Below, in pieces: positions 37,830 to 46,305 of a stretch of 64,000 bases of DNA. Source of the DNA: Gemmatimonadota bacterium (GTDB taxonomy: Bacteria; Gemmatimonadota; Gemmatimonadetes; Gemmatimonadales; GWC2-71-9); contig JBGOUQ010000017.1 in assembly GCA_041477065.1 (NCBI GenBank), positions 3,669 through 67,668 on the forward strand, read 5' to 3'. Both the position numbers and the translations under genes were made by a program. The notes beneath the pieces are model-generated. The model saw nothing but the letters and a program-made list of their open reading frames with translations. It had not been told where the DNA came from and searched no databases. The stretch's first letter is position 1; every line of letters begins with the position of its first letter.

Positions 37830-38240
37830 CTACTTCACCGTATCGGTCTTCGCCGAATCCACCGCGGCGCCGATCAGCGTGTAAGTCGTGCCCGGCCCGC
37901 CCGCGTTGGGCCGCAGGGTGATCCACAACGGCTTGTCGCCCTTTTGCGCGAAGAGGCTGACCGTCCCGTCCGGGGCTTTGGCGTCGCTCTGCAGCTCCCA
38001 CCCGTTCAGCGGCAGCATGCGGTGGTACCACGCGGCGACGGTGTCCACCGACGCGGGGGTGCTGAACACCATCTGACCGGCGTCGGTGCCCGCCTGCATG
38101 CTCACGGGACTCGACAAGGGATAGGCCAGCACGCCGCGCATGGCCTGGCTCAGGACGGCGCGGGATTCGGCCTGCCCGCGGCGCTCGCAGCCGGCGGCGA
38201 CACCCGCGATGGCGGCGAGCAGAATGAGGGTTCGCGTCAT
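37830..38240 (-). CDS. lipoprotein, function unknown
   Basis: Within ORF 37830..38321. ATG 38240 (MTRTLILLAAIAGVAAGC, lipobox-like). Confidence 0.6.
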   Translation of the reverse strand: MTRTLILLAAIAGVAAGCERRGQAESRAVLSQAMRGVLAYPLSSPVSMQAGTDAGQMVFSTPASVDTVAAWYHRMLPLNGWELQSDAKAPDGTVSLFAQKGDKPLWITLRPNAGGPGTTYTLIGAAVDSAKTDTVK

Positions 38241-38309
38241 GGGTGCGAATGGTACCGGTGGCGGACCCGGTCGGTCAAGTTGTAAGTTGCGTACAACCGC
38301 GAGGTTGGT

Positions 38310-39059
38310 ATGGCCGGCCATAGCAAATGGAAACAGATCAAGCGCAAAAAGGCAGTGACCGACGCCCGCCGCGGGGCCGCCTTCACTAAGCTCATCCGGG
38401 AGATCACCATCGCCGCCAAGCAGGGTGGCGGCGACCCCGCCGGCAACGCCCGGCTCCGCACCGCCATCGACGCGGCCAAAGCCGAGAACATGCCGTTGGA
38501 CAACATCGAGCGCGCCGTCAAGAAGGGCACCGGCGAGCTCGAGGGTGTGACCTACGAAGAAGTGACCTACGAGGGCTACGGCCCGGGCGGCGCGGCGATC
38601 CTAATCCACGCGACCACCGACAACGCCAACCGCACCGTCGCCGAGATCCGCTTCGTGTTCTCGCGCCACGGCGGCAACCTGGGCGCGACCAATTCCGTGG
38701 CGTGGATGTTCGACCGCAAGGGCCAGATCCTGGTCGACGCGACCCGGGCAGACGAGGACATCACGATGGAAGCGGCGCTCGACGCCGGAGCGGAGGATAT
38801 GGTCCGCGAGGGCGATGTGTTCCTGATCACGACGCCGCCCAACCAGCTGCACGCCGTGCACGAAGCGCTGAAGGCCAAGCGTCTCCCCGTGCAGAGCGCC
38901 GAGATCGCCATGCACCCCAAGAGCACGGTGAAGGTCGACGGCGGCGAGGCCAAGAAGCTGCTGGCGCTGATCGAGGGGCTCGAGGAAATGGACGACGTCG
39001 CCAAAGTGTTCTCCAACTTCGATATCGACGCCGAGGCGATGGCCGCGGTGACGGGATGA
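38310..39059 (+). CDS. yebC: YebC/PmpR family DNA-binding regulator
   Basis: MAGHSKWKQIKRKKAVTDARRGAAFTKLIREITIAAKQGGGDPAGNARLR. Confidence 0.95.
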   Translation: MAGHSKWKQIKRKKAVTDARRGAAFTKLIREITIAAKQGGGDPAGNARLRTAIDAAKAENMPLDNIERAVKKGTGELEGVTYEEVTYEGYGPGGAAILIHATTDNANRTVAEIRFVFSRHGGNLGATNSVAWMFDRKGQILVDATRADEDITMEAALDAGAEDMVREGDVFLITTPPNQLHAVHEALKAKRLPVQSAEIAMHPKSTVKVDGGEAKKLLALIEGLEEMDDVAKVFSNFDIDAEAMAAVTG

Positions 39060-39060
39060 C

Positions 39061-39534
39061 GTGAGAGTGCTGGGCATCGACCCGGGCACCTCCGTCACGG
39101 GCTACGGCGTGGTGGACGCGGAGCCGGGGAGGGCCGGTGGCCGCCTCGTCGAATGCGGCGTCCTGCGATTCGCGCGGCGCAGCTCCCTCCCCCATCGGCT
39201 CCACGAGCTGCACAAGGGGATCACCGAGTTGATTACACGGCACCGGCCGGACGCGCTCGCCCTGGAAGACGCCTTCTATCAGAAGAACGTCCGCACCACC
39301 CTGGTCCTGGGACACGCCCGGGGCGTCGTGCTGCTCGCCGCCGAGCAGGAGGGGCTCAAGATCGCGGAATACTCGCCCGCCACGGTGAAGAAGACCGTGG
39401 TCGGTGCGGGGGGCGCCGGCAAGAGCCAGGTCGCCGCCATGGTGGCGCGGCTGCTCCGCCTTCAGCAGCCGCCCCGCCCCTCCGATGCGGCCGACGGCGT
39501 GGCCGTGGCCCTCACCCACATCATCCGGTCGTGA
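39061..39534 (+). CDS. ruvC: crossover junction endodeoxyribonuclease RuvC
   Basis: VRVLGIDPGTSVTGYGVVD...; LEDAFYQKNV; ADGVAVALTH. GTG start 1 nt after the yebC stop. Confidence 0.95.
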   Translation: MRVLGIDPGTSVTGYGVVDAEPGRAGGRLVECGVLRFARRSSLPHRLHELHKGITELITRHRPDALALEDAFYQKNVRTTLVLGHARGVVLLAAEQEGLKIAEYSPATVKKTVVGAGGAGKSQVAAMVARLLRLQQPPRPSDAADGVAVALTHIIRS

Positions 39535-40151
39535 TCGCGACCGTGGCCGGCCGCCTCGCGGCCAAGTCGGCCGACCGGGTCGTGGTCCAGACGAACGGCG
39601 GCGTCGGCTACGAAATCGTGGTGCCGCTCGGCGTAATGGAGCGGCTGCCCGCCGTGGGCGAGCAGGTCACGCTCGCCACGGAGCTCGTCGTGCGGGAAGA
39701 CGGCTGGGCGCTGTACGGGTTCCTCGTGGAAGCGGAGCGCCACTTTTTTCAGCGTCTCACCTCAGTCTCGGGGGTCGGTCCCAAGCTCGCCATCGCGTTG
39801 CTCTCGGCGCTCGGCGCGGGACGGGGAGCGAAGGCGATCCAGGAGAAGAACATCGCCCTGCTCTCTTCGGTGAGCGGCATCGGCAAGAAGACCGCCGAGC
39901 GGCTAGCGCTCGAGCTGGCCGACAAGGTCGGCGAGTTCGTGAGTGCGGCCGGGGAGGCAAGCGGAGCCGCCGCCCCGCCGCCGGGAGGGGGGGGCGCCGG
40001 CGAAACCGCCCTCCGGGCGCTGGAGCGGCTCGGGTACGGTCCGGCGGAGGCCGATCGGGCGCTGCGGCAGGCGCTGGCCGAGAACGGCGGCGGCGCCGGG
40101 GACCCGGAGCAGCTGGTGCGCCGCGCCCTCCACCTCCTCACTCAGAGATGA
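39531..40151 (+). CDS. ruvA: Holliday junction DNA helicase subunit RuvA
   Basis: GTG 39531 (GTGA overlap). [32 protein letters not shown]; HhH motifs VSGVGPKLA and [12 protein letters not shown]. Confidence 0.9.
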   Translation: MIATVAGRLAAKSADRVVVQTNGGVGYEIVVPLGVMERLPAVGEQVTLATELVVREDGWALYGFLVEAERHFFQRLTSVSGVGPKLAIALLSALGAGRGAKAIQEKNIALLSSVSGIGKKTAERLALELADKVGEFVSAAGEASGAAAPPPGGGGAGETALRALERLGYGPAEADRALRQALAENGGGAGDPEQLVRRALHLLTQR

Positions 40152-40327
40152 CGATGTCCACCACCACCGCGGAATGGATCTGCACGCGCTGCGGCTCGAC
40201 CAACCGCAGGCTCGTGCCCGAAACGGCGACGCGGGCGGAGGACGTCTGCGTGACCTGCCACGCCAGGCACGAGCTGGAGTCGGACGCGCGGCCCGTGCGG
40301 TGGCGCGCCCGGCCTGTTTCGAGATGA
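40148..40327 (+). CDS. small zinc-ribbon protein (59 aa) between ruvA and ruvB
   Basis: ATGA overlaps at both ends (with the ruvA stop and the ruvB start). [42 protein letters not shown]... carries CxxC-x19-CxxC. Third codon positions are almost all G/C. Confidence 0.6.
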   Translation: MTMSTTTAEWICTRCGSTNRRLVPETATRAEDVCVTCHARHELESDARPVRWRARPVSR

Positions 40328-41355
40328 CCCGCGCCGAGATCACCACGCCGGAGGTTCTCCCCGAGGAGCGCGTGACGGACGCGGCGCTCCGGCCCTCGCG
40401 GCTCGACGAGTTCGTCGGCCAGGCCAAGGTCAAGGAGTCTCTCCAGATCGCGATCGACGCCGCCAAGCAGCGCCGCGAGCCGCTCGACCACGCGCTGTTC
40501 TTCGGGCCGCCCGGTCTCGGCAAGACAACGCTCGCGCTCCTCATGGCCCACGAGATGGGGGTGAACATCCGCATCACCTCCGGTCCGGTGCTGGAGCGCC
40601 CGGGGGACCTCGTCGGCATGCTGACGGCGCTCACGGCGGGAGATATTCTCTTCATCGACGAAGTCCACCGCCTGCGACCGGTGCTCGAGGAATTCCTCTA
40701 CCCAGCCATGGAGGAGTTCCGGGTGGACGTTCGGATCGCGGACGGCCCGCACGCGCAGACGATCCCGATGCCGCTCGAGCGCTTCACGCTCATCGGCGCC
40801 ACGACGCGCTTCGGCCTGCTGACCCCGCCGATGCGCGCCCGGTTCGGCCTGGTGGAGCGGCTGTCCTACTACCCGCCCGACGACCTCGCCCAGATCATCA
40901 CGCGCTCAGCCAAGATCCTCGGCGTCAGCGCCGACGCGGCGGGAGTGGCGGAGATCGCCCGGCGCAGCCGCGGCACGCCGCGCGTCGCCAACCGGCTGCT
41001 GAAGCGCGTGCGCGACTACGCCCAGGTGCGCGCCAGCGGCAGCATCACCGGTGCGGTCGCCGTGGAGGCGCTGAAGCGCCTCGACGTGGACGAGTTCGGG
41101 CTCGACGACATGGACGGCCGCATCCTGAAGACCATCATCGAGCAATTCGACGGCGGCCCGGTGGGGCTCAGCACCGTGGCGGCCGCGGTCGGCGAGGACG
41201 CCGGGACGCTGGAAGAGGTGTACGAGCCGTTTCTGATGCAGCAGGGCTTCCTCGCCCGCACGGCGCGGGGGCGCTGCGCGACGGCCTCGGCATATCGCCA
41301 CTTCGGCTTCACGCCGCCGAAGCGCGCCGAGCAGCCGAACATCTTCGACGGGTGA
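40324..41355 (+). CDS. ruvB: Holliday junction DNA helicase RuvB
   Basis: ATG 40324. [39 protein letters not shown]. Confidence 0.95.
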   Translation: MTRAEITTPEVLPEERVTDAALRPSRLDEFVGQAKVKESLQIAIDAAKQRREPLDHALFFGPPGLGKTTLALLMAHEMGVNIRITSGPVLERPGDLVGMLTALTAGDILFIDEVHRLRPVLEEFLYPAMEEFRVDVRIADGPHAQTIPMPLERFTLIGATTRFGLLTPPMRARFGLVERLSYYPPDDLAQIITRSAKILGVSADAAGVAEIARRSRGTPRVANRLLKRVRDYAQVRASGSITGAVAVEALKRLDVDEFGLDDMDGRILKTIIEQFDGGPVGLSTVAAAVGEDAGTLEEVYEPFLMQQGFLARTARGRCATASAYRHFGFTPPKRAEQPNIFDG

Positions 41356-41361
41356 CCAAAC

Positions 41362-41435
41362 TGCGGATTGTGGATTGTGGATTGCGGATTTGAGGGTGGA
41401 GCGTCCAATCCGCAACCCGCAATCCGAAATCCGCA
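41362..41435. repeat. heptamer-built palindromic element (4 x TGYGGAT, 18-nt spacer, 4 x inverted ATCCGMA-type)
   Basis: Direct reading: tgcggat tgtggat tgtggat tgcggat ...18 nt... atccgca acccgca atccgaa atccgca. It fills the ruvB-queA gap. Confidence 0.85.
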
Positions 41436-41444
41436 ATCTGCTCC

Positions 41445-42470
41445 ATGCGCCTCTCCGACTTCGACTACCCTCTCCCCCCCGAGCGGATCGCCCAAGTGCC
41501 GCTCCCCGACCGCGCCGCCAGCCGCCTGCTCGTGCTGGAACGATCCACGGGCGCGTTGCGGCACCTGCAATTCGCCAACCTCCCCGAGCTCATCGCACCG
41601 GGCGACGCCCTCGTCCTCAACGCCTCGCGCGTGATCCCCGCGCGCCTGCGCGGCCAGCGCGAGCTGGGCGCCCCCGCCGAGCTGCTCCTATTGAAGGAAG
41701 GAGCGGACGGTGATTGGCTCGCCCTGGGGCACCCGGGCGGCAAGCTCAAGCCGGGGCGCCGGATCACCATCGGACCTGAAAGCGTGGTGGAGATCGTTGG
41801 GGTGCTGGGCGGCGGGGTGCGCCGGGTGCGCTTCGTCGGGAATCTGGACGCCCGCGCCACGATCGCCCGCTACGGCGAGGTGCCCCTGCCGCCGTACATT
41901 CACCGCCGCCCCGACGACGCGGACCGGGAGCGCTACCAGACGGTGTATGCCGAGCATGAGGGCAGCGTCGCGGCGCCGACGGCGGGGCTGCATTTCACGA
42001 CGGCGCTGCTCGATCGGCTCGTCGCCATGGGCGTCGCGGTGGCGCGGCTCGACCTCCACGTGGGACTCGGCACCTTCAAGCCGGTGGTGGTCGAGGACGT
42101 GGAACGGCACGTGATGCATCCGGAGTCGTACGCGGTGAGTGAGGAGGCGGCGACGGCGATCAACGCGCGCCGCGCGGCGGGCGGGAAGGTCTGGGCGGTG
42201 GGGACGACGGTTGCCCGCACCCTCGAAACCGTCGCCGACGCCGCCGGGCGCGTGCGTGCCGGCGCGGGTGAAACGAGCCTGTTCATCCGGCCGCCCTACA
42301 CTTTCCGCGCCGTGGACCGGCTGATCACGAACTTCCACCTGCCGCGCTCGACGCTGCTGATGCTGGCGTGCGCCTTCGGCGGTTACGAGCGGGTGATGGG
42401 AGCGTATCAGGAGGCGGTGGCGCAGGGGTACAGGTTCTACTCGTATGGCGATGCGATGGCGATCGTCTGA
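41445..42470 (+). CDS. queA: S-adenosylmethionine:tRNA ribosyltransferase-isomerase
   Basis: MRLSDFDYPLPPERIAQ...SRLLV; PLPPYI; TNFHLPRSTLLML. Confidence 0.95.
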   Translation: MRLSDFDYPLPPERIAQVPLPDRAASRLLVLERSTGALRHLQFANLPELIAPGDALVLNASRVIPARLRGQRELGAPAELLLLKEGADGDWLALGHPGGKLKPGRRITIGPESVVEIVGVLGGGVRRVRFVGNLDARATIARYGEVPLPPYIHRRPDDADRERYQTVYAEHEGSVAAPTAGLHFTTALLDRLVAMGVAVARLDLHVGLGTFKPVVVEDVERHVMHPESYAVSEEAATAINARRAAGGKVWAVGTTVARTLETVADAAGRVRAGAGETSLFIRPPYTFRAVDRLITNFHLPRSTLLMLACAFGGYERVMGAYQEAVAQGYRFYSYGDAMAIV

Positions 42471-42506
42471 ATGCGGAATGCGGAGTGCGGAATGCGGAAT
42501 GGAAGA
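42469..42506. repeat. direct array of about 5 heptamers (TGCGGAA/TGCGGAG), same family as 41362-41435
   Basis: Reads tGAatgcg gaatgcg gagtgcg gaatgcg gaatgga. It begins inside the queA stop codon and ends 6 nt before the tgt ATG. Confidence 0.8.
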
Positions 42507-42511
42507 CGCCG

Positions 42512-43690
42512 ATGTTCGAGTTTACCGTAGAGTCGACCAGCGGTCCAGCCCGCGCCGGCCTGCTCACCCTGCCGCACGGCACCGTCGAGACGCCGGTGTT
42601 CATGCCCGTCGGAACGCAGGGCACGGTGCGCGCGCTCTCCCCGAACGACTTACGCGCCGTGGGCGCGAGCCTCGTGCTCGCCAACACCTACCACCTGCAC
42701 GTCCGCCCGGGCGAGGATGTCGTCGCCAAGCTCGGCGGCCTGCACCGCTTCATGGGGTGGGACCGCCCGCTGCTCACGGACTCGGGCGGATTCCAGGTGT
42801 TTTCGCTCGAGGGGTTCCGGCGCGTGGACGAGGACGGTGTCGAGTTCCAGAGCCACGTGGACGGGGCGCGCCGTCGCCTCACACCGGAGCGCGCCACCGA
42901 GATCCAATGGACGCTCGGCGCGGACGTGGCGATGGCGTTCGACCACGTACCGCCCGGCGGGGTGGAAGAGCCCGCGGCCCGTGACGCACTGGAGCGCACG
43001 TTACGCTGGCTGGAGCGGTGCGAGCGGAAGCATCGGGAACTGGCGGAAGGAGGGAAGGTTGGAAGGTCCGAAGGTACCTTCGCACCTTCCGACCTTCCCT
43101 CCTTCTCCCAGACTCTCTGGCCCATCCTTCAAGGCGGCACTCACCTCGGCCTCCGGCTGGAGGGCCTGCGGCGCATCCTGGACCTGGGCGACTGGACCGG
43201 CCTGGCCATCGGCGGGCTCTCGGTCGGAGAGCCCAAGCCGGCGATGTATGCCACGCTCGAAGCGCTCGCGCCCCGGCTGCCGGCGGCCCTTCCCCGTTAT
43301 CTTATGGGCGTGGGGTTCCCCGAGGACCTCGTGGCGGCGGTAGAGCGTGGAGTGGATCTGTTCGACTGCGTGGCCCCCACGCGCAACGGCCGTAACGGCA
43401 CGGCGTTCACGCCAGACGGCCCCGTGAACATCCGCAACGCGTCGCACCGTGAGGACCCGCGCCCCCTCGATGCCGGCTGTGATTGCGAGACGTGCACCAC
43501 GTTTTCGCGCGGCTATCTGCGGCATCTGTTCATGGCCGGGGAGCTGTTGGGGCTGCGGCTGCTGTCGCTGCACAACGTCCGGTACCTCATCCGGCTCGCC
43601 GCGCAGATGCGTGCGGCGATCGGCGCGGACGACTTCTCGCGGTGGGCCGCCGACTGGCGCCGCCGCTACACTCAACCGGGATCACCATGA
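42512..43690 (+). CDS. tgt: queuine tRNA-ribosyltransferase
   Basis: ATG 42512 (MFEFTVESTSGPARAGLLTLPHGTVETPVFMPVGTQGTV). LTDSGGFQVFS, YLMGVGFPEDL, CDCETC. Contains an in-frame 20-codon palindromic insert. Confidence 0.95.
   Translation: MFEFTVESTSGPARAGLLTLPHGTVETPVFMPVGTQGTVRALSPNDLRAVGASLVLANTYHLHVRPGEDVVAKLGGLHRFMGWDRPLLTDSGGFQVFSLEGFRRVDEDGVEFQSHVDGARRRLTPERATEIQWTLGADVAMAFDHVPPGGVEEPAARDALERTLRWLERCERKHRELAEGGKVGRSEGTFAPSDLPSFSQTLWPILQGGTHLGLRLEGLRRILDLGDWTGLAIGGLSVGEPKPAMYATLEALAPRLPAALPRYLMGVGFPEDLVAAVERGVDLFDCVAPTRNGRNGTAFTPDGPVNIRNASHREDPRPLDAGCDCETCTTFSRGYLRHLFMAGELLGLRLLSLHNVRYLIRLAAQMRAAIGADDFSRWAADWRRRYTQPGSP
43046..43105. repeat. 60-nt near-perfect palindrome inside the tgt CDS, built of 8-nt units (GGAAGGNN x4 and inverted x4; full 8-unit repeat block spans 43045-43108)
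   Basis: Positions 43046-43075 are complementary to 43105-43076 at 28/30 positions, centred on GGTACC. The block starts on a codon boundary and encodes EGGKVGRSEGTFAPSDLPSF. Confidence 0.9.
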
Positions 43691-44013
43691 CCGGACTCTT
43701 CGCACTTCTCTTTGCGCCGCAGGGGCAGACCGGCGGCGGGCTCGCCATCTTCGTCGTTCAGATCGGCGCGTTCATCGCGATCTTCTACTTCCTGTTGATC
43801 CGCCCGCAACGTCAGCAACAGCAGAAGCACAAGGCGCTGCTCGCCGCCCTGCAGCGCGGCGACCAGATTGTGACCTCGGGGGGGATCATCGGCGAGGTGG
43901 TGCACCTCAAGGAGAACGAGGTGACGATCCGCAGTGGGGAAGCCAAGCTGGTGGTGATGCGCAGCAACATCGCCACGATCCTGAAGAGCGGCGCCGAGGC
44001 GAAGTCCGCGTGA
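43687..44013 (+). CDS. yajC: preprotein translocase subunit YajC
   Basis: ATG 43687 (ATGA overlap). IFVVQIGAFIAIFYFLLIRPQRQQQQKHKALLAALQRGDQIVTSGGIIGEV. Confidence 0.9.
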   Translation: MTGLFALLFAPQGQTGGGLAIFVVQIGAFIAIFYFLLIRPQRQQQQKHKALLAALQRGDQIVTSGGIIGEVVHLKENEVTIRSGEAKLVVMRSNIATILKSGAEAKSA

Positions 44014-44558
44014 GCGTCCGGGGCCTCCACCTCCTCGGCTCCCCGGCGCTGCGCCAGCGCGCGGCGCCGATCGCCGCGGTGGACGACGAGGTCCGCTCCC
44101 TGGTGGACGATCTGTTCGAGACGATGCGCGCCGCCAAGGGCGTCGGGCTCGCCGCGAACCAGGTGGGCGTCGCGCGCCGCGTCGCCGTGGTGGACGTGGG
44201 GCCGGACGAGCCCCCGCCCCTCGTGCTCATCAACCCGGTGATCCTGCGTCACGGCGACGAGCTCGAGACCGCGGAGGAGGGATGCCTGTCCATTCCCGAC
44301 CTCTTCGGCGACGTGGAGCGCCCACTCACGGTCGTGGTCGAGGCGACGGATCGGGACGGCTGCCGCTACACTGTGGAGGCCTCCGGCTACAAGGCGCGCG
44401 CCATTCAGCACGAGATCGACCACCTCGACGGCATCCTCTTCCTGGACCACGTGAGCGCCGTGAAGCGTGGCCTGCTGCTGGCCAAGTGGAAGCGGGCACG
44501 CAAAGGGAAGTCCGGCTACGTCAAGGAGGTGACGCCGGAGCCGGCCGGCGAGCTGTAG
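44010..44558 (+). CDS. def: peptide deformylase
   Basis: GTG 44010 (GTGA overlap). GVGLAANQVG, EGCLSIP, QHEIDHLDG. Confidence 0.9.
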   Translation: MSVRGLHLLGSPALRQRAAPIAAVDDEVRSLVDDLFETMRAAKGVGLAANQVGVARRVAVVDVGPDEPPPLVLINPVILRHGDELETAEEGCLSIPDLFGDVERPLTVVVEATDRDGCRYTVEASGYKARAIQHEIDHLDGILFLDHVSAVKRGLLLAKWKRARKGKSGYVKEVTPEPAGEL

Positions 44559-45481
44559 TGCGCGTCGTCTTCTTCGGTACCCCAGAATTCGCGGTGCCTT
44601 CGCTGGAAGCGCTGCTCGGCGAAGGGTTCGACGTCGCCGCGGTGGTCACCCGCCCCGATAGCCCGCAGGGCCGCTCCCGCTCGCAGCTCGTGCCCTCCCA
44701 GGTCAAGCTCGCCGCGCAAGCCGAAAGCGTGCCGCTGCTCGAGCCGGAGCGGCCGAGTACGCCGGAGTTCTACGCGCAGATCCGCGCGCTCGCTCCCGAC
44801 ATCGGCGTGGTCGTCGCCTACGGCCACATCCTGAAGCCCGAGCTGCTCGCGATTCCCGCCCAGGGCATGGTGAACGTCCATCCCTCGCTGCTCCCCGCGC
44901 TGCGCGGGCCGGCGCCCGTCGAGTGGGCGATCCTGAACGGGCTCCAGAAGACCGGCGTCACCATCATGCAAATGGAGGCGGGACTCGACAGCGGTCCCAT
45001 CTTGCACCAGATCCCGCACGCCATCCCGCCGGACATCACCGGCGGAGAGCTCTCCGACCACCTGTCCGAGCTCGGCGCCCAGGCCCTGATCGAAGCGCTC
45101 GGGCTGCGTCAGCAGGGCTTGCTGAAGCCGGTGCCCCAGGATGACGCGCGCGCCACCTACGCCCCGAAACTCACCCGTGAGCTGGCGCGCGTCCGCTGGG
45201 ACGACGCTCCCGACCGCGTCGCGCGCGTGATCCTGGCGCTCGATCCCAGGCCCGGCGCCTGGGCGGAGCTCGACGGTCGAGAGGTGAAGCTATTCGGAGC
45301 GACGACCGTTTCGATGTCGGGCGCTCCCGGGGAAGTACTGCGAGCCGACGGCGACTTTGTGCTCGCCGTGGGAAACGCGGCGATCGCCGTCGCGGAGGTG
45401 CAGCCGGCGGGGAAGCCCCGGATGCCCGCGGCCGACTGGATCCGCGGGCGCGGAGTGCGGGCCGGCCAACGTTTCGCGTGA
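44558..45481 (+). CDS. fmt: methionyl-tRNA formyltransferase
   Basis: GTG 44558 (1-nt overlap with the def TAG). VRVVFFGTPEFAVPSLEAL; NVHPSLLPALRGPAP. Confidence 0.9.
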   Translation: MRVVFFGTPEFAVPSLEALLGEGFDVAAVVTRPDSPQGRSRSQLVPSQVKLAAQAESVPLLEPERPSTPEFYAQIRALAPDIGVVVAYGHILKPELLAIPAQGMVNVHPSLLPALRGPAPVEWAILNGLQKTGVTIMQMEAGLDSGPILHQIPHAIPPDITGGELSDHLSELGAQALIEALGLRQQGLLKPVPQDDARATYAPKLTRELARVRWDDAPDRVARVILALDPRPGAWAELDGREVKLFGATTVSMSGAPGEVLRADGDFVLAVGNAAIAVAEVQPAGKPRMPAADWIRGRGVRAGQRFA

Positions 45482-46092
45482 GACTCCCGCTTCCCCGCCT
45501 GCATGCGATCACCGATGAGCGAATCGCGCGCCTCGCGAATCTCTCCGAGATCGCCCGGGACCTCGCCGCGGGGGGCGGGACCGAGCTGGCCTTCCACGCC
45601 CGCGGACGGGCGCTGTCGGGACTGCAGCATCACGAGCTGGCCGTCCGTCTCTCCGCCTATCCACCGGTCCGCCTGTTCGTCAACGACCGCCTCGACATCG
45701 CGCTGACCGTGGCGGCATCCGGCGTCCAGCTGGCTCACGGCAGCCTCGCCCCGCGGGACGCCCGCCGCTTGAACCCCGACTGGTGGATCGGGCGCTCGGT
45801 CCACGACGCGGCGGAAGCCGAAGCGGCGCAAGCCGAGGGAGCCGACTATCTTGTTGTAGGACCCGTGTTTCCCACGGCGACCCATCCCGGCCGGCGGCCG
45901 CTCGGGCTCGCGGTGCTGCGCGACATCGTCCGGCTCGGCCTGCCGGTGGTGGCGATCGGTGGGGTGACGCGGGAGCGGGTCCGCGAGATCCGCGACACGG
46001 CGGCCTGGGGCGTGGCCGCGATCCGCGCGCTGTGGGAGGCGGCGGACCCCGCCGAGACCGCGCGCCGGATGGCAATGGAGCTGAAGCCGTGA
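45478..46092 (+). CDS. thiE: thiamine-phosphate synthase
   Basis: RLHAITDERI...; LFVNDRLDIAL; DYLVVGPVFPT; AIGGV. GTGA overlap with the fmt stop. Confidence 0.85.
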   Translation: MRLPLPRLHAITDERIARLANLSEIARDLAAGGGTELAFHARGRALSGLQHHELAVRLSAYPPVRLFVNDRLDIALTVAASGVQLAHGSLAPRDARRLNPDWWIGRSVHDAAEAEAAQAEGADYLVVGPVFPTATHPGRRPLGLAVLRDIVRLGLPVVAIGGVTRERVREIRDTAAWGVAAIRALWEAADPAETARRMAMELKP

Positions 46093-46301
46093 ATGCAACG
46101 ATCGACGTCGTCGTGAACGGAGAGTCTCGTGCGGTCGCGCCCGGCCAGACGCTGCTCGATCTGCTCGGGACGCTCGGGCTCGACGCGCGTACGGTCGTCG
46201 TCGAGCACAACCGCCACATCGTGCGCCGCCCGGCCCTGCGCGACGTGACCGTGGCCGCCGGCGACGCCATCGAGCTGGTGCATTTCGTGGGAGGCGGGTG
46301 A
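46089..46301 (+). CDS. thiS: sulfur carrier protein ThiS
   Basis: GTG 46089 (GTGA overlap). 70 aa. VNGESRAVAPGQTLLDLL...VVEHNRHIV...GDAIELVHFVGGG ends in GG. Confidence 0.85.
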   Translation: MNATIDVVVNGESRAVAPGQTLLDLLGTLGLDARTVVVEHNRHIVRRPALRDVTVAAGDAIELVHFVGGG

Positions 46302-46305
46302 ACAG

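Noticed and set aside
38279-38297. Inverted repeat GTTGTA-AGTTGCG-TACAAC between the lipoprotein gene and yebC.
   Set aside because: The arms are only 6 bp and the repeat matches no known operator family. It could equally be -35/-10-like promoter sequence. This is not enough evidence to call.
42469-42506. Heptamer and octamer repeat arrays as a possible CRISPR array.
   Set aside because: The units are 7-8 nt and contiguous, with no spacers. There are no cas genes. The arrangement is direct plus inverted (hairpin), which fits REP/MITE-like elements rather than CRISPR.
45380-45480. A TPP riboswitch expected upstream of thiE.
   Set aside because: The region is the 3' end of the fmt coding sequence and thiE overlaps the fmt stop. 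No THI-box core (CUGAGA...ACCUGA) is visible.
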